Assembly: GCA_041664165.1 (NCBI GenBank) | Contig: JBAYLH010000005.1 | Span: 344-64,343 of the forward strand | Direction of reading: 5' to 3' | Length of the DNA: 64,000 nucleotides | From: Candidatus Buchananbacteria bacterium | GTDB lineage: Bacteria > Patescibacteriota > Patescibacteriia > Buchananbacterales > UBA6539 | Part shown: positions 37,792 through 47,008 of the stretch, one piece after another | How the letters are laid out: every line of letters starts with the position of its first letter | Numbering within the stretch: the first letter of the stretch is position 1 | Position numbers and translations under genes: made by a program | Notes under the pieces: generated by a model | The model's input: only the letters and a program-made list of their open reading frames with translations | The model's database searches: none | Told to the model about the DNA's origin: nothing

Positions 37792-39228
37792 TTATATTTT
37801 TCTCACCACGCCATTATCCGCATCGACTTCCACTTTGTCACCGTCTTTTAAAATTTTGGTTGAGATCTTAGTCCCAACAATACAAGGTATCTTTAATTCT
37901 CTGGCAACAATCGCCGCATGACAAGTCAAACCGCCTTCATCGGTAACTATTGCCGCCGCCTTTTTCATAATCGGCAGCATCTCCGGCCGGGTCATACCGG
38001 TAACCAAAATATCGCCTGATTTCATTTTGTAAAAGCCGCTTTCGCCAAATATCACCTTAACTTCACCTGAAACTTTGCCGCCCGAAGCGACTGTCCCGGA
38101 AATTTTATCAAGCCGGCCATGAATTTTTTTGAACTCTTTTGGGATTCGTTTTTTCGCGTCATTGCCGCTGTAAACTTTAAAAAATTTCTTTTGGTAATCC
38201 ACGTCCAAAATCATAAACTCTTTTCTTTTTTTCAATTCCGCTAAGTTAAAACTTTTTCCATTTTTTAAAACCAGGAGCTCTTCAAGCGTAAAAAATTGAA
38301 GATCCGATAAGCGATAGCCGAATCTTTTTGCCAATTCTTCGCGAATGTCGTCGGCATAAAATATTGACTTGACAAAAATTTCTTTCCGCCGGTCACGCAA
38401 TGGCCCGATTTCATCAACAATATCAATCAACTGCCGGGTTTTTTTATCAAACTTGTACTTTTTAATGATCTGTTTTTTCCGTTTCTCCAAATTTTTCTTA
38501 AAATCCGCCAGGTGTTTTAATTCTTCAGTCAAATTTTTATGCTGTTTGATCAATTCATTGATTCTTTTTGCAAAATAATCGGCATCGACTAGCTTTTTGC
38601 CGCTATGGCCGGTTGCCAGCCATTCATATTTTTTAAGATGGTTGTCTAAATCCTTTTGAATTTTTCGGCCGCTTCTTTTTTTAATCGCTAACCTGATTAA
38701 CTTTTGGGCTTCCAAATTTAAGTAACTGATGTCGGGAATTGCCGCTGAATCGGAAAATTCATCGCTGGAAAGTTTATATTTCATTAATTCTTTTTCAAAA
38801 ATCCGGGGCAAAACGTAATCAAAAGCTTCGGCAAAAAAACCGTAGCTAAACATTTCTTTGTAGCATTTCGTAAAGAAGTCCAAATGACCAAATAAGGCAT
38901 CAACCGACATCGCTGACGGGTTTTTTTGCCGGTACTCCAAGATTTTTTTATCCAATTTTGACTTTAATCCGGCTAATCCTATTTTGATTTTAGCCCTGAA
39001 CTTTTTAGCTTTAAATTTGTTATAGCATTTATTGCCAATTACGATATTGTCTTTAATTAGAGTACTCCATCTAAACGGCTGATTTTTTTCCAAAATTACC
39101 AAATTGCGATCAAAGCCAAACCCGTAAATTTTTCGCATGCCGACAGTCATCGCCCAGGCCGCTTCCGGACAAATCCAATAAATCGCCTCGGCTTCGTCAA
39201 TATCCCATTTCGGATTTGTTTTTTTCAT
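37792..39228 (-). CDS. Variable-domain + phospho-His swivel (PEP-utilizers mobile domain) protein 1
   Basis: C-terminal ILVTGMTRP...TDEGGLTCHAAIVARELKIPCIVG...VEVDADNG. Confidence 0.9.
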   Translation of the reverse strand: MKKTNPKWDIDEAEAIYWICPEAAWAMTVGMRKIYGFGFDRNLVILEKNQPFRWSTLIKDNIVIGNKCYNKFKAKKFRAKIKIGLAGLKSKLDKKILEYRQKNPSAMSVDALFGHLDFFTKCYKEMFSYGFFAEAFDYVLPRIFEKELMKYKLSSDEFSDSAAIPDISYLNLEAQKLIRLAIKKRSGRKIQKDLDNHLKKYEWLATGHSGKKLVDADYFAKRINELIKQHKNLTEELKHLADFKKNLEKRKKQIIKKYKFDKKTRQLIDIVDEIGPLRDRRKEIFVKSIFYADDIREELAKRFGYRLSDLQFFTLEELLVLKNGKSFNLAELKKRKEFMILDVDYQKKFFKVYSGNDAKKRIPKEFKKIHGRLDKISGTVASGGKVSGEVKVIFGESGFYKMKSGDILVTGMTRPEMLPIMKKAAAIVTDEGGLTCHAAIVARELKIPCIVGTKISTKILKDGDKVEVDADNGVVRKI

Positions 39229-39242
39229 ACTTATTTATAACC

Positions 39243-40208
39243 TTATAATGTCGTTATTGGCCGGCTTTGAGTAATGTAAAATTTGCCCTTGGCAAAAGCC
39301 CACTCAATATCCTGCGGCTTTTTATAATGTTTTTCAATCGCCAGACAAATTTTGGCCAGCTCAATTATTTGTCTGCCGGACAGCACTTGAGTTTCCTGTT
39401 TGTTTTTCGGCACCGGCCGCCAAATATTGCCGCCGTTAATTCCTTTTTTTACCAGCATTCTTTTTTGCTCAGAGACATTAATATCAATACTGCTGAAATC
39501 CCGTTTGTCAATCACGTAGCTGTCAGGCGTAATTTGGCCGGAAACAATCGCTTCGCCCAAGCCAAAACCCGCTTCAATAATCATCTGATTTTTATCTTTG
39601 GTAACAGGGTGAACCGTAAAAGTAATCCCGGAAATTTCCGAATCAACCATTTGCTGAACCACGACGGCGACTGAAACTTTCTGGTCGCTTAATTTTTTTT
39701 CATAGCGGTAAAAAATCGCCCGCGGCGTGAAAAGCGACGACCAGCAGAGTCCGACATTTTTTAGCAATGTTTTTTCGGTTGTGTTTAAATAAGTTTCCAG
39801 TTCCCCGGCCCAGGAAGCCACGCTTGAATCTTCCGCCGTCGCCGAAGACCTGACGGCGACATACTTGGTTTTAAGTTTTTTAAATTCCTGTTTTATTTCT
39901 TCGGCTAAAACTTTGGGAATTTTGGTATCAACCATAATATCCCGGATGATATTGGAAGCCTGGTCAATTGAATTGGTGTCTTTAAAATTAACTTTTTTCA
40001 AATTGGCAGCGACTTCCAAACCCACCTCGGCCACTTCTTTTCTGGTTTTCAGGCTCAAAAAATACTCAAAAGCCTCGGCTAAAATCACAAACCCCGGCGG
40101 CACCGGAATTTTGGCTTTAGTCATTTCGCCAAGCGAAGCGCCTTTGCCGCCGGCGATGCCAACGTCAATTTTGGAAATTTGCGAAAATGGCTTGATGAAT
40201 TTAGACAT
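39243..40208 (-). CDS. Stand-alone ATP-grasp nucleotide-binding subunit (PPDK_N / PEP synthase N-terminal type)
   Basis: GGKGASLGEM, VPPGF, VAVRSSATAED, VVVQQMV, GLGEAIVSG, DIEWA; ends at QSRPITTL*. Confidence 0.92.
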   Translation of the reverse strand: MSKFIKPFSQISKIDVGIAGGKGASLGEMTKAKIPVPPGFVILAEAFEYFLSLKTRKEVAEVGLEVAANLKKVNFKDTNSIDQASNIIRDIMVDTKIPKVLAEEIKQEFKKLKTKYVAVRSSATAEDSSVASWAGELETYLNTTEKTLLKNVGLCWSSLFTPRAIFYRYEKKLSDQKVSVAVVVQQMVDSEISGITFTVHPVTKDKNQMIIEAGFGLGEAIVSGQITPDSYVIDKRDFSSIDINVSEQKRMLVKKGINGGNIWRPVPKNKQETQVLSGRQIIELAKICLAIEKHYKKPQDIEWAFAKGKFYITQSRPITTL

Positions 40209-40212
40209 AGAT

Positions 40213-41514
40213 TTAATATCCTTGAGGTTTCCCATCTTTAATCAAAAAGAATCTACTGCCATCATCTTTTTCGCACTCAACGTTCACTTCGCCCATCAAT
40301 ATCATGTCGCAATGGACTTTAGCTCTATTAAAACTAGGGTGGCTTTTGGGAACTCCCATTGAGCCGTTACTGCCAACGGCAATATGAACCGTGCCATACA
40401 TCTTTTCGCCTTCGCTTGACCCGACGTCTTTGGCTTCTTTTCCCCGGCAAGCCATAGTGTTTGTTCCAATACCCAATTCCGCCAAGCGATAAGCATCATT
40501 ATGGCCATTATTACCGGCATTCAAATATGCTTTTACCGATTCAACTAAAGGATTGCCGGTATCATCGCTAATCGGCCGGTTATTGATTTCAGTTACCTCT
40601 CCATTTGCAATAGTCAGCCTTACCGGTCCGTGCTCGTTAACCGCATCAAGCATGTGCTCGCCGCCAATCGGGCCGTTAATCACTAAACTCCCGCTGCTGC
40701 CTTCCCAATTTGGCGAGCAGGCCCATTCGCCGATTGGATAATTACCCATCGAACCCGGCTTGGTAAAATCTTCACTCTCATAGCCCTTGGTCTCCTTAAT
40801 GATTGGCAGCCAAAGGTCGGTGCCGGCCAATGAAGTGAGATGAACTCTTTCAACATTTTTCATCAACTCATTGACTTTATCATCTCTTTCTAAAATTGCT
40901 TCCGCTGACTCCTCCACTGCGCCCTCGGTTAAAATCTCATGGGGATTCTTTCCTTTGGTAATTGAAATGATCCGACAGGCATTCTGGCGGGCAAATTGTT
41001 CCAATTTTTCCCATTGCTCATCAGATAATTTATCTTCCAGACCGGCTAGCTGGCTCTTACTTCTGGCGGCTGACAAAGTGGCGTCTAATTTTTCCCGGTC
41101 AGCAATACTGCGGATTGCCGCCCCGGTTTCTTTTGAGTGCGACCGCGACATGGAAGTAATAATTAATATTGGCGCCTGGCGCTGACTTTCCATTTCTGCC
41201 TCTACATAATCACCCATATCTTCAGCTGATCTTTCCGATTCGGTCAAAACTCTGATTCTAAAATTACCCCTAGCTTTATGTCCAGCCGTCATTGCTTCTA
41301 ATTCGCCTTGAATAGCGGCAATTAATTCCGGCTGAGACTCCATAACGCCGGTATCGGTAATTACCGTCATAGTTTCTTTTTTTGGATCAAAACCGAAGGA
41401 TCCAATAATATTTTTAGCAACCACTGCCATTCTTTCTAATCTTTCCTTTTGTTCAGGGTTTAACTCTTGGGCTGGTAAAAAATTTTCGGCAATCCCCTTC
41501 AAACTTCTTTTCAT
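40213..41514 (-). CDS. M29-like (thermophilic) metallo-aminopeptidase
   Basis: GTDL, GNYPIGE, LAELGIGTN, EKMYGTVHIAVG, VHCD. Confidence 0.8.
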   Translation of the reverse strand: MKRSLKGIAENFLPAQELNPEQKERLERMAVVAKNIIGSFGFDPKKETMTVITDTGVMESQPELIAAIQGELEAMTAGHKARGNFRIRVLTESERSAEDMGDYVEAEMESQRQAPILIITSMSRSHSKETGAAIRSIADREKLDATLSAARSKSQLAGLEDKLSDEQWEKLEQFARQNACRIISITKGKNPHEILTEGAVEESAEAILERDDKVNELMKNVERVHLTSLAGTDLWLPIIKETKGYESEDFTKPGSMGNYPIGEWACSPNWEGSSGSLVINGPIGGEHMLDAVNEHGPVRLTIANGEVTEINNRPISDDTGNPLVESVKAYLNAGNNGHNDAYRLAELGIGTNTMACRGKEAKDVGSSEGEKMYGTVHIAVGSNGSMGVPKSHPSFNRAKVHCDMILMGEVNVECEKDDGSRFFLIKDGKPQGY

Positions 41515-41524
41515 ATTATTATTT

Positions 41525-42349
41525 TTATTTTTTAGAGTTGCATAAAGCCACGGCATGGACGATATGCCAAAAAAAATCTTTTTCATTTCTCGTACCGTCT
41601 TCGTAAACTACGCCCAAATCCAAGTAGTTAGCTGACAACATATTCCAACCCCCCAAATAGAGCAGAGCTTTGATCCAGGAATTGCCAACCAGACCGGTGG
41701 AAGGAACAATTAGATTCCTGCCTTCCCAAACAGCGGTTTCGTACTCCATGTAATATTCTTTGGCATCATAACCTTTGTTGGTTAAATATTCATAAAATTG
41801 AGTGCATTGTTCGCTGATGTTATCCAAAATTTGGTATTCGCCGTGGTGGCTGGACGGCCGCAAAATCCCCATAACTGCAATTTTTGGTTCAATGCCGAAA
41901 TCTTCCTTCATGTGCCTAATCGTTCTTTCAACTTCATAAATTTTATCTTCTAAGTTCAAACCTTGATAAACCGAGCAGGTAGACAGAAAAAAATTATAAT
42001 CGCCTTTCTGCATTATGCCGCCAAACACCTTGCGATTGCTGGGAATGGGCTCAATTCCGAATTCTTTATAAAATACACTCAAGGTAGTTGAGTCTTTTAC
42101 TTGTCCCCTGACAATTCCTTCAACTTTGCCGTCTTTTAACAATTTAATTAAGATTTCACTTGATTTATCTTGATCCGGTTCGACAATATTTTCAAAGCCT
42201 TTTACTTTCGCGCCGACCACGACTAAATCGGCAAATTTTGAGGCCTTTTTTAGGCTTTTGATCGTTTCCGGAATCGGCCGCATAATTGCAATACCAATTT
42301 TTCTTTTTTGTTTTTTAGCTTGGGTTAAAAAAATTTTGGTAAAGTCCAT
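41525..42349 (-). CDS. MtxX / methanogenesis marker Mmp4-like protein (phosphate acyltransferase-like fold)
   Basis: LLKDGKVEGIVRG, KIAVMG, NLIVPSTGLVGN...LGG, VYEDGTR, parallel to MtxX motifs as recalled. Confidence 0.62.
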   Translation of the reverse strand: MDFTKIFLTQAKKQKRKIGIAIMRPIPETIKSLKKASKFADLVVVGAKVKGFENIVEPDQDKSSEILIKLLKDGKVEGIVRGQVKDSTTLSVFYKEFGIEPIPSNRKVFGGIMQKGDYNFFLSTCSVYQGLNLEDKIYEVERTIRHMKEDFGIEPKIAVMGILRPSSHHGEYQILDNISEQCTQFYEYLTNKGYDAKEYYMEYETAVWEGRNLIVPSTGLVGNSWIKALLYLGGWNMLSANYLDLGVVYEDGTRNEKDFFWHIVHAVALCNSKK

Positions 42350-42359
42350 ACATTTTAAG

Positions 42360-43133
42360 TTAATCATTAAAGATAAAAATTGGCTCCTGATAATGCCTGA
42401 TTTTATTTTCTTCAAACCTTTTTTTAATCAAGTTTTGCAGCTGCTGATTTTTCCAAGTTAAGCCCTTACTGCTTTTCAAAATAACTATCGGCAAATCAAT
42501 TCGTAAAGCCCGGCCGGAAACAAGATGGCGCGTAATCCCCGAGGGCACCTTGAGGTTTTTTTCCGCTACCAAAATGATATCTTGCGGCGTAAACTTAGGA
42601 AAAACAATTAAAGTTTTATTTTCGCCGTTAACCGAAAAATCGCTGGCATTATCCAAGCGATAAAATTTATAACGCTTGGCGTATAAATCAACAATTTTAT
42701 TTAAAGCTTCAATCTGCGTAAAAAAATCTTTCTTTTTAATCGGCCGGCAAACAATTTTATTGCCTCGCAATTTAAATTTCTTAGCCATCGGCTTGCTGAC
42801 CATTTTTTTGATCTGGCTAAAAAAATCTCTGGCCTTGATGCCGGCAACTAAATGATTCCAAGTTTTTAATTCCAGCCCCGGTTGCTGGTAATCAATGACT
42901 TGCACTAAAATATCTTTAAATCCCAATTGACGAAAAACTGTGGTCCGGTTTGCTCCGTCTAAAACGACAAATTTCCCCGACTTGCTGATTGGTGCTACGA
43001 CGGGCGGATTGGTAAAAATATCGTCTTTTTTTATTTTGGCCGCCAACCTTTTGACCCGGTTGGGATCAACATCTTCATGCAAAACCAAATTCGATAAACT
43101 GACAATTTTTAAATTAGGTAAATTTTTGGTCAT
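42360..43133 (-). CDS. ParB/Srx-fold kinase, SbnI/SerK-like
   Basis: LVLHE, NPPVV, VVLDGANR, WNH, PSGITRHLVSGRAL parallel the SbnI motif order. Confidence 0.72.
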   Translation of the reverse strand: MTKNLPNLKIVSLSNLVLHEDVDPNRVKRLAAKIKKDDIFTNPPVVAPISKSGKFVVLDGANRTTVFRQLGFKDILVQVIDYQQPGLELKTWNHLVAGIKARDFFSQIKKMVSKPMAKKFKLRGNKIVCRPIKKKDFFTQIEALNKIVDLYAKRYKFYRLDNASDFSVNGENKTLIVFPKFTPQDIILVAEKNLKVPSGITRHLVSGRALRIDLPIVILKSSKGLTWKNQQLQNLIKKRFEENKIRHYQEPIFIFND

Positions 43134-43139
43134 ACTTAA

Positions 43140-43772
43140 TTACTTAAACTTTTTTTCATTAGCCAGCAAATCTTTTAAGTTGCCAATCTGCCACCAGTCA
43201 GCTTTTTTAGCTAACCCTGAATTATTATTCAAAATATGGTAAATTCGCCGGGAAAAACCAAGATATTTTTTCTGCACTAATTTTACCGCTTCAATAAACA
43301 TTTGGCAATTTGTCAATTTATCATCGGTATAAACGACCGTTTTATAGCCTTGCTGATATTTCTTTTGCAAATAACCAACTAGCATCTCTTCGGTCTTTTT
43401 GTTGGTCTCGCCGTAGTCAAAAGTGGTATTGATTTTTTGAAAATATTTCCGAAAATCAAAGCCAGTTTTTGGCACCAAATACGCCGCTCGCCAATCCATC
43501 TGCTCCGGCACGCCCGTGGTAAAGGCTTCGTTATGCTTTGCCAAAATTAATGCTTCTTTTGCCCCCGGCTGCAGTTTGAGCTGAAAATACCAGCCTTTTT
43601 CATAAGGAATTTGATACGTCTCTTCATATTCACGGTCAGAAACTTCAGAAATTTTTTTACCCAGTTGAGCCGCCACCCAGGCATCGTAATTTGGCCAGCC
43701 GGTTTTTTCTTTATCCCAAACCTCATAAAAAATCGTGCCCGCCAAATCCCAAAGATAAAGAGTCTTATTCAT
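43140..43772 (-). CDS. HAD-superfamily hydrolase
   Basis: LWDLAGT (motif I variant), PGAKEAL, FTTG, VYTDD. Confidence 0.72.
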   Translation of the reverse strand: MNKTLYLWDLAGTIFYEVWDKEKTGWPNYDAWVAAQLGKKISEVSDREYEETYQIPYEKGWYFQLKLQPGAKEALILAKHNEAFTTGVPEQMDWRAAYLVPKTGFDFRKYFQKINTTFDYGETNKKTEEMLVGYLQKKYQQGYKTVVYTDDKLTNCQMFIEAVKLVQKKYLGFSRRIYHILNNNSGLAKKADWWQIGNLKDLLANEKKFK

Positions 43773-43775
43773 ATT

Positions 43776-44554
43776 TTAATTTATCTCAATTTTTTCTGAA
43801 TCTATTATTTTGCCATCATTATCAAATTTAAATTGCTCACAGAAATGCGGCACTTCTTCCGCTGTTATCCCCCCCCCCTATCTTCATAAAGTGCCTGCCC
43901 CAATGACCCGGAATGGCCGACGGCAAACAAAACAATGGGTGACTGCCGTCGATTTGAATCACTATCTTTCGACTGCTTTATACTGTCATGAACCAATTTG
44001 ACGAATTGTCGATATCTTTCCGCTGATTCCTTGGGCAATATTTCAGGAGCTATATCATTATTTGGATTATTCATGTCGTTCAGCCACCTGTATGTCGCTT
44101 CTTCTTCACTAATACCCTCCTCTTTTATCATCCTATCATAAGGATCCCAGGTATCAGGGCTTGAATCAGCTAACATGCTTACGATCTCTTTTCCATCAAT
44201 TTCCAACATATCAATTATTTTATCCTTTCCCTCACGCTGGCTTAAACGTTCATTAACCAAGTGACGACATAATTTAGCCCTGTCTTTACCGCTATCAAGC
44301 GTTACTAAAATTGACTGCACCGGCAATTTATCATAAAGATTATCAGCTAATTTGAGACTGCGCTGAATTCCTTCAAGCTTAAGAGGTGTTTCACCGGCCT
44401 CAAGCATTTCCGGAAACTCATTTTTTAAAACTCCCATTACCAAGCTTATTTGCTCAGCTGGAAAAACTCGTGACAATGATTCTTCGCTTATTTGCCATGA
44501 TCCCTTATCTGCATGACGAGTAATAATAGAGTCACCATTTCTTAATTTGTCCAT
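43776..44554 (-). pseudogene. Histidine-phosphatase-like protein, frameshifted at a G10 tract
   Basis: ITRHADK, LDSGKDRA, AVGHSG; stop at 43865 directly after G10; G8 or G11 would extend it by 30 aa to the TAA at 43776-43778. Confidence 0.62.
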
Positions 44555-44570
44555 ATTTTTTTATTATTAA

Positions 44571-46157
44571 TTATTTTCTTTTTAAAATCGTTACCACTCC
44601 GTGATTGCCGTTAACCTCGACTAGATCCCCGTCTTTGAGAACTTCCGTGGCAATTTTCGTGGCAATCACGCAGGGAATGCCCAGCTCTCGGGCAATGATG
44701 GCGGCGTGACAAGTAACTCCACCTTCGTTAGTAACAATCGCCGCGGCTTTTTTAATCCCCATGATATAATCCGGCCGCGTCATCACGGCTACCAAAATAT
44801 CGCCCGAATTAACTTTGCCGACTTCATGAGCGCTTTTGACGATTTTAACCATGCCCCGCACTTTGCCACTGGAAGCGCTTAAGCCGCGAAAATCATTAAT
44901 ATTTTTTTTGATGCCGGTTTTAAATATCGCCTTCTGCAGCTGACGAGCTTCTTTCCCGGCGACTATTTCATAAGTCTGTTTATGATCATAATGAAAACTG
45001 AATTCCCTTCGTTTTCTGGCTTCGTTTCGGGAAACATAATGCCCTTGGCCGGTAAACAAAGTTATGACTTCGAAATAAAACAGACATTTCATTTCCACCA
45101 AGGAATAACCAAAGCGTTTACCGATTTCCGCCAAAAAAACTGAGCCGCAATGAGTCGCCAGAAAAGTACATTTTTTTCGCTCGTCTTGCCAATAAGTAAA
45201 AGTTTCGGAAATTTCAATTAGATTAACCAAAAATTTGGGCAGCTTTAATTTTTTTATTAATTTCTGCTTGTTAATTTTGCTTTTTCGGGGTGAGCCTTCA
45301 ATCCTTTTAATTTGCCCGGCCAAATCAATTTCATTTTTTAACAATTCCTTGATTTCCTTGATAAAAAAAGAAATGTTTAGAATATGGCTGTCAACATAGT
45401 TATTTTTACCCCAAAAATAATTTTGCCGGTGTTTTTGCAAAATTTGATATTCGGCCGAAAAATTCCTTATTTTTTTTAAAATTAGACTCAAATTATCAGC
45501 GATAAAAATTTTTCTTAATTTCTGGTTTTGATAAATTTTCAAAGCGACTTTCAATAAAGCAATTTCCGCTTCATTGATGAATGATTGGCTGGTCGGCGCC
45601 GTCAGAACGGAAAAAATTATTCCCCGGCCTTTAATGATTTTTTTACTGTCCAAAAATTTATTTAACTCCGTTTGAATATACTCATCGCTGCCCAAGGCGA
45701 AACCATCAATAACTGAACTCATTGTTGTCCAGCCAAAATATGACCTGAAAAAATCTTGATATAAATTTTTTAATTCCTCGTCAGATAGCCTGGTTAAATT
45801 TATTTTATCCAATTCATCGCATTTTTTTATAAAAGCAATTTTATCTTTATCCCATTTCTGCATAATTTTTTTGCCGATGCCAAAGGGCTCGCAAAAACTT
45901 TTTTTAATAAAAATACTACAAACACGGCGAATATCGGCTAAATCAATATACCAATCAACCCGATTATCATTAAAAATTATCAAATGATTCGTAAATTCCC
46001 CGCCTTTTTCTTTTCTTGGTTCCGGCTTAAGCTCCATCTGGCCAATTAAATAAATAAGATTCGGACAACCGTCAAACCTTTGGTGATACCATTCTTTTTT
46101 CTTTAATTTTTTTAGGTCTTTTTTAATTAAGCCTTTTTTAAACTGCATGCAAGACAT
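44571..46157 (-). CDS. Variable-domain + phospho-His swivel protein 2
   Basis: ILVAVMTRP...TNEGGVTCHAAIIARELGIPC. Confidence 0.9.
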   Translation of the reverse strand: MSCMQFKKGLIKKDLKKLKKKEWYHQRFDGCPNLIYLIGQMELKPEPRKEKGGEFTNHLIIFNDNRVDWYIDLADIRRVCSIFIKKSFCEPFGIGKKIMQKWDKDKIAFIKKCDELDKINLTRLSDEELKNLYQDFFRSYFGWTTMSSVIDGFALGSDEYIQTELNKFLDSKKIIKGRGIIFSVLTAPTSQSFINEAEIALLKVALKIYQNQKLRKIFIADNLSLILKKIRNFSAEYQILQKHRQNYFWGKNNYVDSHILNISFFIKEIKELLKNEIDLAGQIKRIEGSPRKSKINKQKLIKKLKLPKFLVNLIEISETFTYWQDERKKCTFLATHCGSVFLAEIGKRFGYSLVEMKCLFYFEVITLFTGQGHYVSRNEARKRREFSFHYDHKQTYEIVAGKEARQLQKAIFKTGIKKNINDFRGLSASSGKVRGMVKIVKSAHEVGKVNSGDILVAVMTRPDYIMGIKKAAAIVTNEGGVTCHAAIIARELGIPCVIATKIATEVLKDGDLVEVNGNHGVVTILKRK

Positions 46158-46160
46158 ATA

Positions 46161-46228
46161 CTATTTTATTTTTTTAACCACGCCTTTATCAGCATCTACC
46201 TCAATTCTGTCGCCTGTCTGAAAAACCA
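46161..46228 (-). pseudogene. 3'-terminal remnant of a seventh His-swivel paralog
   Basis: Encodes VFQTGDRIEVDADKGVVKKIK*, matching the paralog C-termini; upstream sequence is REP-derived. Confidence 0.8.
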
Positions 46229-46239
46229 AGGCCGTGGTC

Positions 46240-46351
46240 TTTAAAAAAAATGGCGACCCGACTTTTCCGCCCGAGGCGGATGCGCCCTGACTGCCGTCAG
46301 GGCGGCGATAGGCAGGCTTTGGCGCAAGTCGGCATTCATTTAAATAATTTA
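46240..46351. repeat. REP copy interrupted by nested hairpin elements
   Basis: Matches 46941-46990 apart from an insert between gacttt and agtcggc. Confidence 0.85.
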
Positions 46352-46863
46352 TCAAAGTTAGTTCTATCTTCCAAATTTAAGGCATTAACTGATAAAATCA
46401 GATCCTGAATCGTCTGCTCTCCATATTGAGCCGCCCCTTGCTTGCAGCTGGTAAAGGGACTGCTATTCAATTCATCAAAATTCTTGGCTTCTCCATGTTT
46501 TAAAAGATTACCTAAGATATAGCCTAAAACCTTTTTTAATTTTTCCTCGTCCACCACTTTTTCCCAATACTCGCCCCAGACGCTCCGCTTGATATTATTT
46601 AAAACATTTAATTCATGGGAACTGCCGCCGGCGATAAATTGTTCTAATTTTGGCAAAACCTCGCCTTTTGGTAAATAAATCAGGTAATGGTAATGATTGG
46701 AAATAATACTGAAGGCATGGAGCGAAAAATTAAATTTTTTTTGAGCGGCCATCAAACGATTTAAAATGATTTTCTTCTTATCAGCGGTGTCAAACAGCTT
46801 TTCATGGTTATTGGTTGAGCGAGTGACAAAATAATAGCAATCATCAAAGTATAAATGAATCAT
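46336..46863 (-). mobile_element. REP-associated tyrosine transposase (RAYT / IS200-like HUH Y1)
   Basis: YYFVT, FSIISNHYHYL (HUH), VWGEYWE, YILGNLLKHG; flanked by REP palindromes. Confidence 0.8.
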
Positions 46864-46876
46864 ATAATCTGTTATA

Positions 46877-47008
46877 GCCGACTAAAGTCGGGTTACCTAA
46901 TTTATTATATTTTTTTAACTACTCTCTCGGCAAAAATGAACTTTAAAAAAATGGCGACCCGACTTTAGTCGGCATTCATTTAAATAATTTCTCGTCGGGT
47001 TACCTAAT
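46877..47008. repeat. REP cluster upstream of RAYT: (GTAA/GCGA)CCCGACTTTAGTCGGC
   Basis: Copies at ~46877-46898 (minus), ~46953-46973 (plus) and a partial copy at ~46994-47006. Confidence 0.82.

Noticed and set aside
42360-43133. ParB chromosome-partition protein
   Set aside because: No HTH or dimerisation region and no parA neighbour; the C-terminal motifs fit the SbnI-like kinases better
46161-46355. 64-aa ORF as a real gene
   Set aside because: It is a chance fusion of nested palindrome sequence (…SASGG…) with a paralog remnant
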